Origin: Candidatus Angelobacter sp.
Lineage (GTDB): Bacteria; Chloroflexota; Dormibacteria; Aeolococcales; Aeolococcaceae
NCBI GenBank assembly: GCA_035569495.1
Contig: DATMMX010000012.1
Span: 176,602 to 240,601 of the forward strand
Length of the DNA stretch: 64,000 nt
Direction of reading: 5' to 3'
Shown here: one piece after another, positions 36,775 to 46,444 of the stretch
How positions within the stretch are numbered: the first letter of the stretch is position 1
How the letters are laid out: each line of letters begins with the position of its first letter
Position numbers and translations under genes: made by a program
Notes under the pieces: model-generated
The model's input: only the letters and a program-made list of their open reading frames with translations
Database searches by the model: none
Told to the model about the DNA's origin: nothing

Positions 36775-37307
36775 GGGTTCTGCCGTCCTCCTTGTGTCGG
36801 CTGCTTGTCGCCCACCACCCGCTCCATGAGGATGTAAAGGCCACGCTCCTCGACGGGCACGAAGCCGAGCCGCTCATAGAGCCGGCGCGCCCCGTCGTTG
36901 AACATCTCCACGTGGAGGCGCATGGGCAGGCCGCGCTGTTCCGCCTCCTCCATCAGCTCGCGCGCTAGGAGCGTGCCGATGCCGCGGTTGCGGTATGGGG
37001 CGAGGACGGCGATGTCGAGCAGGTGGATCTCGTCGTCGCCGCGCTGCACGTAGAGGCGGCCGACCGGCTCGCCGTCGACCAGGATCAGGTCGAAGTCGGC
37101 GCCCGCGTGGTTGGTGGCGTAGTGGACCGACTGGGCGAAGAACTGCTGGTCGAGGAACGCCTGCTTGGTGGCGTGGTCCCAGTCGACCATGGCCATCTCC
37201 GCGTCGCGCGTGCTCGCGTACACCTCGCGGACGAAGGCTTCGTCTGCCGTGGTGATTGCTCGCAGGCTGACATTCAGACCAGCGGGTGCGTCACTCCTGG
37301 CGCCCAC
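36771..37307 (-). CDS. GNAT family N-acetyltransferase
   Basis: 178 aa. Acetyl-CoA binding motif RNRGIGTLLARELMEEAEQRG (R/Q-x-x-G-x-G/A). Confidence 0.75.
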   Translation of the reverse strand: MGARSDAPAGLNVSLRAITTADEAFVREVYASTRDAEMAMVDWDHATKQAFLDQQFFAQSVHYATNHAGADFDLILVDGEPVGRLYVQRGDDEIHLLDIAVLAPYRNRGIGTLLARELMEEAEQRGLPMRLHVEMFNDGARRLYERLGFVPVEERGLYILMERVVGDKQPTQGGRQNP

Positions 37308-37812
37308 AGACCCCGACCGCCATTTGGCTGCCCCATGTCGCCGCGGTGCCCGCCCTCCCTTTGAGGACCGCCGTCACCACCGTTGCCCGCGCACTATAAC
37401 GCGGGCCTCTCGGCGTGCCAACCACCTCCGAAGACGGAATTGCGGCAGCCACTGTGACGATTTGGGGATGAGCGGCGACTTCTTGCCAGGTTCGGGTTGA
37501 ACCTCTGCAATCAGGAGTATCACGTTGCCGCACGAGCGAGCAGGAAGGCGACGCGATAGCAGCGATCTGACCGGTGGTCAGGGTTCCCGTCAGGAACGAC
37601 CGTAAAAAGTCGTGAAGGCATCGCAACCCAGCCCTGAACGCTCCGATCCCACCACCTCGAACGAGCTTAGCCCGGCTGCCCTCACGCGCAAGCACACACC
37701 CTTGTGGTTCGGCGCAGGAACCGTCTTGCGCGATGTTCGCTTCCCACCTATTATCCGGCGCAATACCCGGCTCCCCCGGGCGACAGGAAGAGGTATTGAG
37801 GGGACGGCCGCC

Positions 37813-40800
37813 ATGAGCGTCCAGCATGTAGAAGCGCGCGTCTCGCTTTGGCGGCGTGCCGTGCACTCGTTGGTGATGGGATCGGTGCTGCTCGCAGCGA
37901 TGTCGGTGGAGATCCTGCAGGGACCGGCCAGCTCGGTTGCCAGCGCAGCCGGGCCCACCCCGGCGTTCGGTTCCCCGGTGGCCTACGCGAATGGGGCCAT
38001 CGCGCTCAACGGCGTCGCGGTCGCCAACGACAAGAACGGCGGCTTCGACATCGTGACGGCGAACGCGACTGCGGGCAACGTATCCTCGCTGCAGCCGAAC
38101 AGGAACTCGGCCGGCGTACCCGACGGCACGTTCGGAAGCGCAGTGCTTTCCACTGCCAGCCCCGGCGTCGTCGCGCTGGCCAGCGGTGACTTCAACGGAG
38201 ACGGCATCCCGGATCTCGTGGTGGCCACGGGCAACAACACGCTGAGCGTGATGATGGGCCAGGGCAACGGGGCGTACGGACCCGTCACCGCACTGCAGAA
38301 CATCCCTGCCTACAACGTCGGCACCCCTCAGGCGGTGTTCGCACGCGTCGCCGACCTCAACGGCGATGGCAAGCAGGACGTGGTGGTCGCGGTGAACACC
38401 GGTTGCGTGTGCCAGGCGGAGATCGCGGTGTGGGTCGCCCTCGGCAATGGTGACGGCACCTTTCAGCCGGGGGCGGAGGTCAACGTCCCCGAAGCCAGCC
38501 TCGGCTCGAATCCGAGCGTCAGCGGCCTGGCCGTGGCGGACGTCACCCACGACGGCAAACCCGACATCGTCGTCGCCCTGAACGACACCGGACATGGGTT
38601 CGACGACGGACAGTTCTGGGTGCTGGTCAACCAGGGCAACGGCACCTTCGCCCAGGGCGTGCAGGCCGGCGACGCGCACGGGATACGCAGCTCGGGACCC
38701 GGCGAGGCGATGGCCTCAGCGGACCTGAACGGCGACGGCGCCGCGGACGTGGTGACAGTCCAGCAGCCGCTGACCGAAGCCTCCCGCGGCATCCACGTCT
38801 TCCTCAACCAGGGAAGCGGCACCTTCTCGACAGGCACGTACATCGCGGACCCCAATCTGACCAACGGAACCACAGCGTCCGGCTCCATCCACAGCATCGC
38901 CATCGTGGACGTCAACGGCGACAAGTTCCCGGACATCGTCACCGCGGTGAGCAGCAACCTCAACGGGAACGGCATCTCCCTCTACGTCAACAACGGTGAC
39001 GGGACCTTCGCCGCCCCAGTCTTCTTCAGCACGCCGGGATTCTCGCCGGACACCATGGCCATCGCGGACGTCAACCAGGACGGCAAGCCGGACTTGGTCC
39101 TGGGCTCGCAGACCAACGGGAACAACCTCCACGTCATGCTCAACCAGACCGGCCCAGTTGGGGGCGACGTCACCGACCCGGAGTCTCGCGGTGGGGGATC
39201 CACCTGCTGGCCGTGCCTCGCCAAGCGCCTCGACAGGGCGCGGAATCGTGGCCGCTTCCCGATCTCCCTTCCGTTTGGCACCTTCTGGCACAGCTTCTCC
39301 GACGTGTACGTCCCGGCGCGCGGATTCCCGCTCGCGGTGACGCAGACGTACAACTCCAGCGACGCGACCGACTACGGGCTCGGCCCCGGCTGGTCTTCCA
39401 GCCTGTTCAGCAAGCTCGTCGTGACCGGAACCAGTCCCAATCAGAGCGTGACGGTGACCGCGGAGAACGGTAGCCAGGTGGTCTTCCATCAGTCGGGCAC
39501 CGCCTGGACGACCGCCCCGCGCATCCAGGCCACGCTGGTGCAGAACGGCGACGGTACCTGGACGTTCACGCGCGGTGGAACCGACACGATGACCTTCAAT
39601 CCGACCGGCCAGATCGTGAGTGAGCAGGACCTCAACGGGAACGTGCTCCGGTTCGCCTACACGGGCGGCCTGGTCACCGGCCTGAGCCATGACGACATGG
39701 CCCACTCGGACGTTCGCTCGCTGTCGATCGTCTGGAACACCGCGACGCCGGCCCACATCACGTCGATCACCGACAACAACGCCGGCCTCAACCGTCAGGC
39801 GGCCTTCACCTACGACACCGATGGCCAGCTCACCGACATCGACTGGACGACCGGCGGTCTGCCCGCCACCGACATCAACGAGCACTTCGAATACGAGACC
39901 AGCAGGCCACTCAGCCATCGCCTGACGGGAATGCGCGACGGGAGAGGGTTCTGGGTGACCCAGGCGTACGACACTCTTGGAAGGGTCACGAGCCAGACGA
40001 TCGACCCGACCGCAAAGGACTCCGGCGGGTTGAACGAAGTCACGACGTACGACTACTCGGTGCCGACCCAGGTCACCGTGACCGACCCCAAGGGCAACCG
40101 GACGACCGACACGTACTCCTACGGCCTGTTGATGTCCCGCACCCTCGGCGTGGGGAGCCCGCAGGCGGCCACGTGGCAGTACAGCTATGACATGTCGACG
40201 ATCGGCCCCACCTCGGTCGCTGACCCGAACGGGCACACCACGCGCCGGCAGTACGACAGTTACGGGAACGAGCTGAGCGTGACCGACGCGCTCAACCATC
40301 AGACGACGACCCAGTACAGCACCGCCGACGCCCCCTTTCACCAGCCGACCACCGTCACCGACGCGCTCGGCGTCATGACGACCTATACCTACGACTCGCG
40401 GCGCAATCTCACGTCCGTATCCACGCCCCTGGTCGGCAGCAGCCCGGCACAGACGCAAACCACCACGTACTACCGCGACGGGACGACCACCCATCCCGAC
40501 GACGTGACGCGCATCGTGGACCCAGGTAGCAATACGTGGTCGTACGGCTACGACGCGTATGGTGACGTGACTTCGGCGAGGGACCCCCTCCAGCACATGT
40601 CCACCAGCACCTTCAACGCGGATGGGTGGCGCACCGCATCGACGACCCCGCGGGGCCACAACGGCTCGTGCAACTGCGCCGCACAGTTCACCACGACATA
40701 CAGCTACACCGACCCGGTGAGCGGACAGGTGAACTATTTCGGCGACGCGCGTGTGGTGACCGATCCTCTCGGCCACAGCACCACGTATGGCTATGATGCG

Positions 40801-42912
40801 CAGCGCAACCTGACCAGCGTCAAGGATGGCGACGGCAACGTCACCTCGTACGCGTACGACGCCGCCGGTCAGCAGACCACTGTGACACGGCCGGACAGCT
40901 CGACGCTGCGGACTCAGTACGCGGCGGACGGCACGACGACCCGCCAGATCGACGGTGCGAACAACGCCACCAGCTACGGCTACGACGCGCTGGGACGGGT
41001 CACCTCGGTGACCGACCCCCTCAACAGAACCACGTCGATGACCTACGACGGCACCGGGAACCGCCTGGCGGTCGTCGACGCCCAGTCGCAGACGACCACC
41101 TACGCGTATAACGCGGACAATCAGGTCACATCGATTCAATACAGCGATGGTGTGACGCCCAATGTCACCAGCATCGCCTATGACGCCGATGGGCAGCGCA
41201 CCGGGATGACCGACGGAACCGGGACCTCCAGCTATGTCTGGGACTCCCTGCACCGGATGACCTCCTCCACGGATGGGGCCGGGAACACCGTGTCCTACGG
41301 CTATGACCTCCGAGGCGAACTGACAAGCCTCACCTACCCGGGCGTGACCACGCCGGTCACCTACACGTACGACCCGGAGGGGAATATCCTCCAGGTCACC
41401 GACTTCTCGGGCTCGACGGCCTACGTCGCCCTCGACTTCAACGGGAACACCCTCAACGTGAGCTTCCCTCGCCCGAGCCAGACGATCGACTTCTACACCT
41501 ACAACAACGCGGATCAACTGACCGGCCAGAGTTTCACGGTGGGCAATCTGACGACGTATGCCTCGCTGTCGTACGCGCGTGACGGGAATGGCCAGGTGAC
41601 CTCCGAGACGGACACCGGTCTGCCAGCACCGGCCGCGCCGACCTACACGTACAACTCGCTGAACCAGCTCTCATCGAGCAGCGGCGCCTCGTACACGTAC
41701 GACGCGGCCGACAATCCTGTGAAGCTGGCCGGCGGGGCCACGCAAGCCTTCAACGCGGGGAACCAACTGTGCTGGGCCTCGCCCGGAGGGGGCACCGGTA
41801 CCTGCACCTCGCCTCCCAGCGGCGCCACCGCCTTCAACTACGACAGCCGAGGGAACCGAACATATGGACCCAGCCCTGTCGGTACTCTTTCCTACGGATA
41901 TGACCAGGCGAACCGCCTCACCGCCGTCAGTCAGGGGCCCACAGCCCAGGTGTCCATGACCTACAACGGTGATGGCCTCCGCATCACCAAGGTATCCGGC
42001 GTGGGTCACGCGATTACAACCCACAACTACGTCTGGGACGTCCACGGAGCCCTCCCCCGCCTCCTCGCCGACGGCACGACCCGCTTCATCTACGGACCCG
42101 GTGGTACCGTCATGGAACAGGTCAACGGCTCCACCGCGTCCTACTTCCACCACGACCAGCTCGGTAGCACCCGCGCCATCACCGACGGCACCGACACCCC
42201 GATCGCCACGTACAGCTACGACGCGTACGGCAACACCGTGGGCTCGACGGGAACCTACACGAATTCCTTCCACTTCGCCGGCGAGTACCTGGACTCGGAC
42301 ACCGGCCTCTACTACCTCCGCGCTCGGTACTACGATCCCAGCACAGCTCAGTTCCTGACCCGTGACCCAGCGGCGCCGACGACGCGGGCGCCGTATGACT
42401 ACGTTGGCGACAACCCCCTAAATGGATCCGACCCCATTGGGCTCGACAGCAATTGCTCCATCTTTGCCTTCTGGGCATCTGACTGGTGCGCACGAGAGGG
42501 TGCTGGTACGACCACGGGTAAAGTCGTGATTGGTGCTGGCGTGGTCGTCGCTGGAGTTGCCACTGGCGGTGTCGCACTCGGCTGGTACGGTGCCGCGGCG
42601 GGCGCTGGTGCCGGAGCAGAAATCGACACCACGACAGTGGTACCGGCGATCGTCAACGACGTGGCGGCGGCGAGCGAGGATGTCGTGCCCACGGTGGGGG
42701 CTGCTGGCGAGGGCCCAATCTCCACGGGTCTTCAACGCCAGATATGTGAGCACTTGATAAAACTCAATGACTACATTCAGAATCCACTCAATAGCGACAC
42801 CACAGGCCGCCTGGCCAACGCCATCAACAACGGACTGGGTAACCCGAACTCGATCTACGAGGGTCGTATCAATCACTTGTTGAGCGAGATAAGGGCCTTC
42901 AACAGTCAGTGA
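37813..42912 (+). CDS. RHS-repeat polymorphic toxin: signal peptide, FG-GAP/VCBS beta-propeller region, YD/RHS repeat shell, DPxGL boundary, novel C-terminal toxin domain
   Basis: ATG at 37813 inside ORF 37612..42912. N-terminus MSVQHVEARVSLWRRAVHSLVMGSVLLAAMS... Six FG-GAP-like repeats (DFNGDGIPDLVVA, DLNGDGKQDVVVA, DVTHDGKPDIVVA, DLNGDGAADVVT, DVNGDKFPDIVTA, DVNQDGKPDLVLG). Dozens of YD repeats (YGYDALGRVTSVTDPLNRTTSMTYD...). The RHS core ends at YYLRARYYDPSTAQFLTRDP...YDYVGDNPLNGSDPIGL. A 165-aa C-terminal tip follows, with a glycine-zipper hydrophobic segment. Confidence 0.9.
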   Translation: MSVQHVEARVSLWRRAVHSLVMGSVLLAAMSVEILQGPASSVASAAGPTPAFGSPVAYANGAIALNGVAVANDKNGGFDIVTANATAGNVSSLQPNRNSAGVPDGTFGSAVLSTASPGVVALASGDFNGDGIPDLVVATGNNTLSVMMGQGNGAYGPVTALQNIPAYNVGTPQAVFARVADLNGDGKQDVVVAVNTGCVCQAEIAVWVALGNGDGTFQPGAEVNVPEASLGSNPSVSGLAVADVTHDGKPDIVVALNDTGHGFDDGQFWVLVNQGNGTFAQGVQAGDAHGIRSSGPGEAMASADLNGDGAADVVTVQQPLTEASRGIHVFLNQGSGTFSTGTYIADPNLTNGTTASGSIHSIAIVDVNGDKFPDIVTAVSSNLNGNGISLYVNNGDGTFAAPVFFSTPGFSPDTMAIADVNQDGKPDLVLGSQTNGNNLHVMLNQTGPVGGDVTDPESRGGGSTCWPCLAKRLDRARNRGRFPISLPFGTFWHSFSDVYVPARGFPLAVTQTYNSSDATDYGLGPGWSSSLFSKLVVTGTSPNQSVTVTAENGSQVVFHQSGTAWTTAPRIQATLVQNGDGTWTFTRGGTDTMTFNPTGQIVSEQDLNGNVLRFAYTGGLVTGLSHDDMAHSDVRSLSIVWNTATPAHITSITDNNAGLNRQAAFTYDTDGQLTDIDWTTGGLPATDINEHFEYETSRPLSHRLTGMRDGRGFWVTQAYDTLGRVTSQTIDPTAKDSGGLNEVTTYDYSVPTQVTVTDPKGNRTTDTYSYGLLMSRTLGVGSPQAATWQYSYDMSTIGPTSVADPNGHTTRRQYDSYGNELSVTDALNHQTTTQYSTADAPFHQPTTVTDALGVMTTYTYDSRRNLTSVSTPLVGSSPAQTQTTTYYRDGTTTHPDDVTRIVDPGSNTWSYGYDAYGDVTSARDPLQHMSTSTFNADGWRTASTTPRGHNGSCNCAAQFTTTYSYTDPVSGQVNYFGDARVVTDPLGHSTTYGYDAQRNLTSVKDGDGNVTSYAYDAAGQQTTVTRPDSSTLRTQYAADGTTTRQIDGANNATSYGYDALGRVTSVTDPLNRTTSMTYDGTGNRLAVVDAQSQTTTYAYNADNQVTSIQYSDGVTPNVTSIAYDADGQRTGMTDGTGTSSYVWDSLHRMTSSTDGAGNTVSYGYDLRGELTSLTYPGVTTPVTYTYDPEGNILQVTDFSGSTAYVALDFNGNTLNVSFPRPSQTIDFYTYNNADQLTGQSFTVGNLTTYASLSYARDGNGQVTSETDTGLPAPAAPTYTYNSLNQLSSSSGASYTYDAADNPVKLAGGATQAFNAGNQLCWASPGGGTGTCTSPPSGATAFNYDSRGNRTYGPSPVGTLSYGYDQANRLTAVSQGPTAQVSMTYNGDGLRITKVSGVGHAITTHNYVWDVHGALPRLLADGTTRFIYGPGGTVMEQVNGSTASYFHHDQLGSTRAITDGTDTPIATYSYDAYGNTVGSTGTYTNSFHFAGEYLDSDTGLYYLRARYYDPSTAQFLTRDPAAPTTRAPYDYVGDNPLNGSDPIGLDSNCSIFAFWASDWCAREGAGTTTGKVVIGAGVVVAGVATGGVALGWYGAAAGAGAGAEIDTTTVVPAIVNDVAAASEDVVPTVGAAGEGPISTGLQRQICEHLIKLNDYIQNPLNSDTTGRLANAINNGLGNPNSIYEGRINHLLSEIRAFNSQ

Positions 42913-42921
42913 GCTCTCAAT

Positions 42922-43401
42922 GTGATTGTGGAGAACCCGATGGACGGATTGTCTCAACCAGCGGACGGACGGCGATTTGTCTTCTCGCGGATTCACAGCC
43001 TGTCATCGTGGCCGACGGACGCGAACATTCCAGGAGAGCAGTTCTGTCTGCTCCTGCTGTGCGGCGATGCTCTACCAGATGCTGCCGCCATTGAGGCATT
43101 CGCGTCGCGCGCTCTAACCCAAGGGATGGTGTATCTATCTGTCTGGGGTAGGGCGCCACACCGGATCGAGGAAGTTGTGGACGAGGTGTACGTCGACACG
43201 GCGGCGGAGGAACGATCAACGCTGGTGACGACGGCACATACCAATCTCGACGAGGCAATAGCATTCTTCGAGAACGACGTTCGACCTCCGAAAGCTCAAT
43301 GTCATCTCTGGTGGGTGGTCGCGGTCGGGGACGATGACGCAGCCGAGAGGACTTTGAGCGCGTTGGAGTCTCGTCGGACCGTGGGGCGGCTTGCGTGCTG
43401 A
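42922..43401 (+). CDS. Putative cognate immunity protein for the RHS C-terminal toxin
   Basis: 159-aa ORF starting 10 nt after the RHS stop, on the same strand. It shares the low-GC composition (about 58% vs about 72%) of the toxin tip. No known domain. The call rests on position and composition. Confidence 0.5.
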   Translation: MIVENPMDGLSQPADGRRFVFSRIHSLSSWPTDANIPGEQFCLLLLCGDALPDAAAIEAFASRALTQGMVYLSVWGRAPHRIEEVVDEVYVDTAAEERSTLVTTAHTNLDEAIAFFENDVRPPKAQCHLWWVVAVGDDDAAERTLSALESRRTVGRLAC

Positions 43402-43455
43402 GTCGAACCTCGTCGCGCGCGACCGTGGCACGGCGCACGAACGGAGAAACCCACC

Positions 43456-45171
43456 TCAGCGGCTTGTTGCTGGCCCCTCGGAAGGCGCTCGGCGCGGACG
43501 CACCCCCGCGCCGACCTCCTTGGCCGCAGCAGTCTGCCGCGCCAGCACAGGAACGATGCGGCGGGTGCGCGCCACCATGGTGGCGGCGCGGACCAACTGG
43601 CGGGAGACCATCTTCGGGCCCGGGCCGCCGGGGACTTCTTTGCGGCGCAGGGAGCGGTCGACGTCGAAGAGTTCGAGGACGTCGTCGTCGAAGAGTGGGG
43701 AGTGCTGGCGCCAGGCGTCGAGGTCCATGTCGGTGAAGGTGCGGCGCTGTCTCTGCAGGTCGCGGACGATGCGGCCGACGATGCGGTGGGCGTCGCGGAA
43801 GGGCACGCCCTTGACGACCAGGTAGTCGGCGACGTCGGTGGCCATCAGGGAGGGATCGCTGGCCGCGGCGCGCAGCGCGTCGGTGTCGAAGCGCAGCACC
43901 TTCACCACGTCGGTGACGATGGCCACGGTCTGCATGGCGACGTCGACGGCGTCGAAGAAGGGCTGCTTGTCCTCCTGCAGGTCGCGGTTGTACGCGAGCG
44001 GGAGTCCTTTGAGGGTTGTCAGCAGCGCGACGAGGTCGCCGATGGTGCGCCCGGCGCGCCCGCGGACCAGCTCCAGCACGTCGGGATTCTTCTTCTGCGG
44101 CATCAGCGACGAGCCGGTGGCGTAGGCGTCGGGCAGCTCGGCGAAGCCGAACTCGCTCGACGTCCACAGCACGATCTCCTCGCCGAGGCGGGACAGGTGC
44201 ACCATCAGCAGCGCGCACGCGGCGGTGATCTCGACGGCGAAGTCGCGGTCACTCACGGCGTCGAGGCTGTTGGCGCTGATCGACTCGAAGCCCAGCTCCT
44301 GGGCGACCATGCGCCGGTCGATGGGCAGCGTGGTGGCGGCCAGCGCCCCGCTGCCCAGCGGCAGCACGTTGCTGCGGTCGTGCGCATCCTCGAGGCGCTC
44401 GACGTCGCGCTGCAGCATCTCCACGTAGGCGAGCAGGTGATGGGCGACGCTGACCACCTGGGCCCGCTGCATGTGCGTGTAGCCCGGCATCACCGCGTGG
44501 CGATGCTCGTCGGCGCGGCGCCACAACGCCTCCTGCAGCGACGCGATGGCCAGCATCAGGTCGCGGGAGATGCGCTTGGCGTAGAGGCGCAGGTCGGTGA
44601 CCACCTGGTCGTTGCGGCTGCGCCCTGTGTGCAGCTTGCCGGCGACCTCGCCGATCTTCTCGCCGAGACGGCGCTCCACCGCCATGTGGATGTCCTCGTC
44701 GCCGGGGTCGTCGGTGAACTCGCCCTTGTCCAGCTCGCGCTTGATCTCGCGCAGGCCGCGGTCGATGGCGGCGTGCTCGTCGCGGCTCAGCACGCCGATG
44801 GAGCGCAGCATCTTGGCGTGCGCCTGCGAGCCGGCGATGTCGTCGGGGTAGAGGCGGCGGTCGATGGCGATGCTGGTGGTGTACTCCTCGACGCGCCGCG
44901 CCGTCCTGGAGCCGAGCCGCCCCGACCACGCCTTCTCGGCGCGCGCGCCGTTTTCGTCAGGCGTGTCGGCAACTCTCCCGGCCGGCTCGGTCGCGGCGCG
45001 CCGCGCGGTGGCGGCCATGGTGTGGTCGTGCACCGCCTGCTTGGCCTGGTCGTCCTCGGCGTTGCGCTGCTGGCGCTTCTCGGCGCGCGACGGCTTGGGT
45101 GCGCGCGCGCTGCTCAGTGGTGCTTCAGGATCACCCGCCTCCGCACCGACGATGCGGATGCCCCTAGCCAC
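43456..45171 (-). CDS. argH: Argininosuccinate lyase
   Basis: Fumarate-lyase signature GSSLMPQKKNPD. The N-terminal region AWSGRLG corresponds to the usual LWGGRF. The annotated start overlaps argG, but the true start may be the internal Met (MAATARR...), about 50 codons downstream. Confidence 0.9.
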   Translation of the reverse strand: MARGIRIVGAEAGDPEAPLSSARAPKPSRAEKRQQRNAEDDQAKQAVHDHTMAATARRAATEPAGRVADTPDENGARAEKAWSGRLGSRTARRVEEYTTSIAIDRRLYPDDIAGSQAHAKMLRSIGVLSRDEHAAIDRGLREIKRELDKGEFTDDPGDEDIHMAVERRLGEKIGEVAGKLHTGRSRNDQVVTDLRLYAKRISRDLMLAIASLQEALWRRADEHRHAVMPGYTHMQRAQVVSVAHHLLAYVEMLQRDVERLEDAHDRSNVLPLGSGALAATTLPIDRRMVAQELGFESISANSLDAVSDRDFAVEITAACALLMVHLSRLGEEIVLWTSSEFGFAELPDAYATGSSLMPQKKNPDVLELVRGRAGRTIGDLVALLTTLKGLPLAYNRDLQEDKQPFFDAVDVAMQTVAIVTDVVKVLRFDTDALRAAASDPSLMATDVADYLVVKGVPFRDAHRIVGRIVRDLQRQRRTFTDMDLDAWRQHSPLFDDDVLELFDVDRSLRRKEVPGGPGPKMVSRQLVRAATMVARTRRIVPVLARQTAAAKEVGAGVRPRRAPSEGPATSR

Positions 45172-46444
45172 GCGGCGCCTCGGTGGGCGCCTGCAGCCGC
45201 TCCAGCTTGTCGGGCAGCAGCTTGCGCGACGCCTCGCCCAATGCGCCCTGCACAGTCGTCTGGGTGCGCAGCGGCAGGCCGAACAGCTCGATGAAGCCGC
45301 GCGCGGCGGCGTGGGAGAAGGAGTCCTGGGCGCGGTCGTAGGTGGCCAGGTCGTGGCGGTACAGCGATTGCGGCCCCTTGCGCCCCACCACGCGGACCGA
45401 GCCGCGCTGCAGGCGCAGCCGCACCTCGCCGGTGACGAACTCCTGCGTCGAGCGCACGAAGCCCCACAGGTCGTGGCGCAGCGCGCCGAACCACAGACCG
45501 TCGTAGACCAGCCGCGCCCACTCGTCGGCGACGATGCGCTTGAACTTCATGACGTCGCGCGACAGCGTGAGCGCCTCCAGGGCGTCGTGCGCCGCGAAGA
45601 GGATGGCCGCGCCGGGCGCCTCGTAGATCTCGCGTGACTTGATGCCGACCAGACGGTTCTCGACGTGGTCGATGCGGCCGACACCGTGTTCTCCACCCAC
45701 CTTGTTGAGATGGGCGACGAGGTCGTGCCCCGCCATGGTCTCGCCGTCCACCGCGACGGGAATTCCCTGCTCGAAACGGACCTCCAGCAGCGTGCCCTCG
45801 GCGGGCGCCTCCTGCGGATCGACGGTCCATTCGAAGACGTCCCGCGGTGCCTCCTCCCATGGGTCTTCGAGCACGCCGCTCTCGATGCTGCGCCCCCACA
45901 GGTTGGCGTCGACGCTGTACGGCGACTCGACGGTGACCGGCACCTCGATGCCGTGTTCGGCGGCGTAGCGCAGCTCGTCGGGACGGCCCATGTCCCAGTC
46001 GCGCACCGGCGCGACCACCTGCAGGTCGGGAGCCAGCGCGGCGACGGCGACGTCGAAACGCACCTGGTCGTTGCCCTTGCCGGTGCAGCCGTGGGCCACC
46101 GCGCGCGCGCCCTCCTCGCGGGCGAGGTCGACGAGCAGCTTGGCGATCAGCGGACGGCCGAGGGCGGTGGCCAGCGGGTACACGCCTTCGTACAGCGCGC
46201 CCGCCATCAGCGAGGGAAAGGCGAAGTTGTCGACGAACAGCTTGCGCGCGTCGACGATGTAGGCCGCGCTGGCGCCGGTGCGCAGCGCGCGCTCCTGGGC
46301 CACGCGCAGGTCCTTGGCCTCGCCGAGGTCGATGCTCAGCGCGACCACCTCGTAGTTGAGCTGGTCGGTCATCCAGCGGATCGCCACCGAGGTGTCGAGG
46401 CCGCCGCTGTAAGCCAGAATGCACTTCTGCCGGTCGCCGGTCAC
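45164..46444 (-). CDS. argG: Argininosuccinate synthase
   Basis: 426 aa. N-terminal PP-loop AYSGGLDTS and the rest of the sequence are canonical ArgG. Confidence 0.95.
   Translation of the reverse strand: MTGDRQKCILAYSGGLDTSVAIRWMTDQLNYEVVALSIDLGEAKDLRVAQERALRTGASAAYIVDARKLFVDNFAFPSLMAGALYEGVYPLATALGRPLIAKLLVDLAREEGARAVAHGCTGKGNDQVRFDVAVAALAPDLQVVAPVRDWDMGRPDELRYAAEHGIEVPVTVESPYSVDANLWGRSIESGVLEDPWEEAPRDVFEWTVDPQEAPAEGTLLEVRFEQGIPVAVDGETMAGHDLVAHLNKVGGEHGVGRIDHVENRLVGIKSREIYEAPGAAILFAAHDALEALTLSRDVMKFKRIVADEWARLVYDGLWFGALRHDLWGFVRSTQEFVTGEVRLRLQRGSVRVVGRKGPQSLYRHDLATYDRAQDSFSHAAARGFIELFGLPLRTQTTVQGALGEASRKLLPDKLERLQAPTEAPRG

Noticed and set aside
37460-37490. tRNA T-arm-like hairpin GGTTCgggttGAACC in the GNAT/RHS intergenic region
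   Set aside because: It has no acceptor stem, D-arm or anticodon arm in the right register and is not followed by CCA-like context. It is probably a promoter-region hairpin.
37291-41517. Minus-strand ORFs of 462 and 933 aa
   Set aside because: They are antisense to the GNAT-RHS intergenic region and the RHS gene. The RHS reading frame has a signal peptide, FG-GAP and YD repeats.
23065-43401. Prophage or integrative element explanation for the accessory block, based on tail-collar genes
   Set aside because: No integrase, terminase, capsid, sheath, tube or baseplate genes are present. The tail-collar domain occurs in many non-phage bacterial proteins. No att-like direct repeats were seen at the boundaries.
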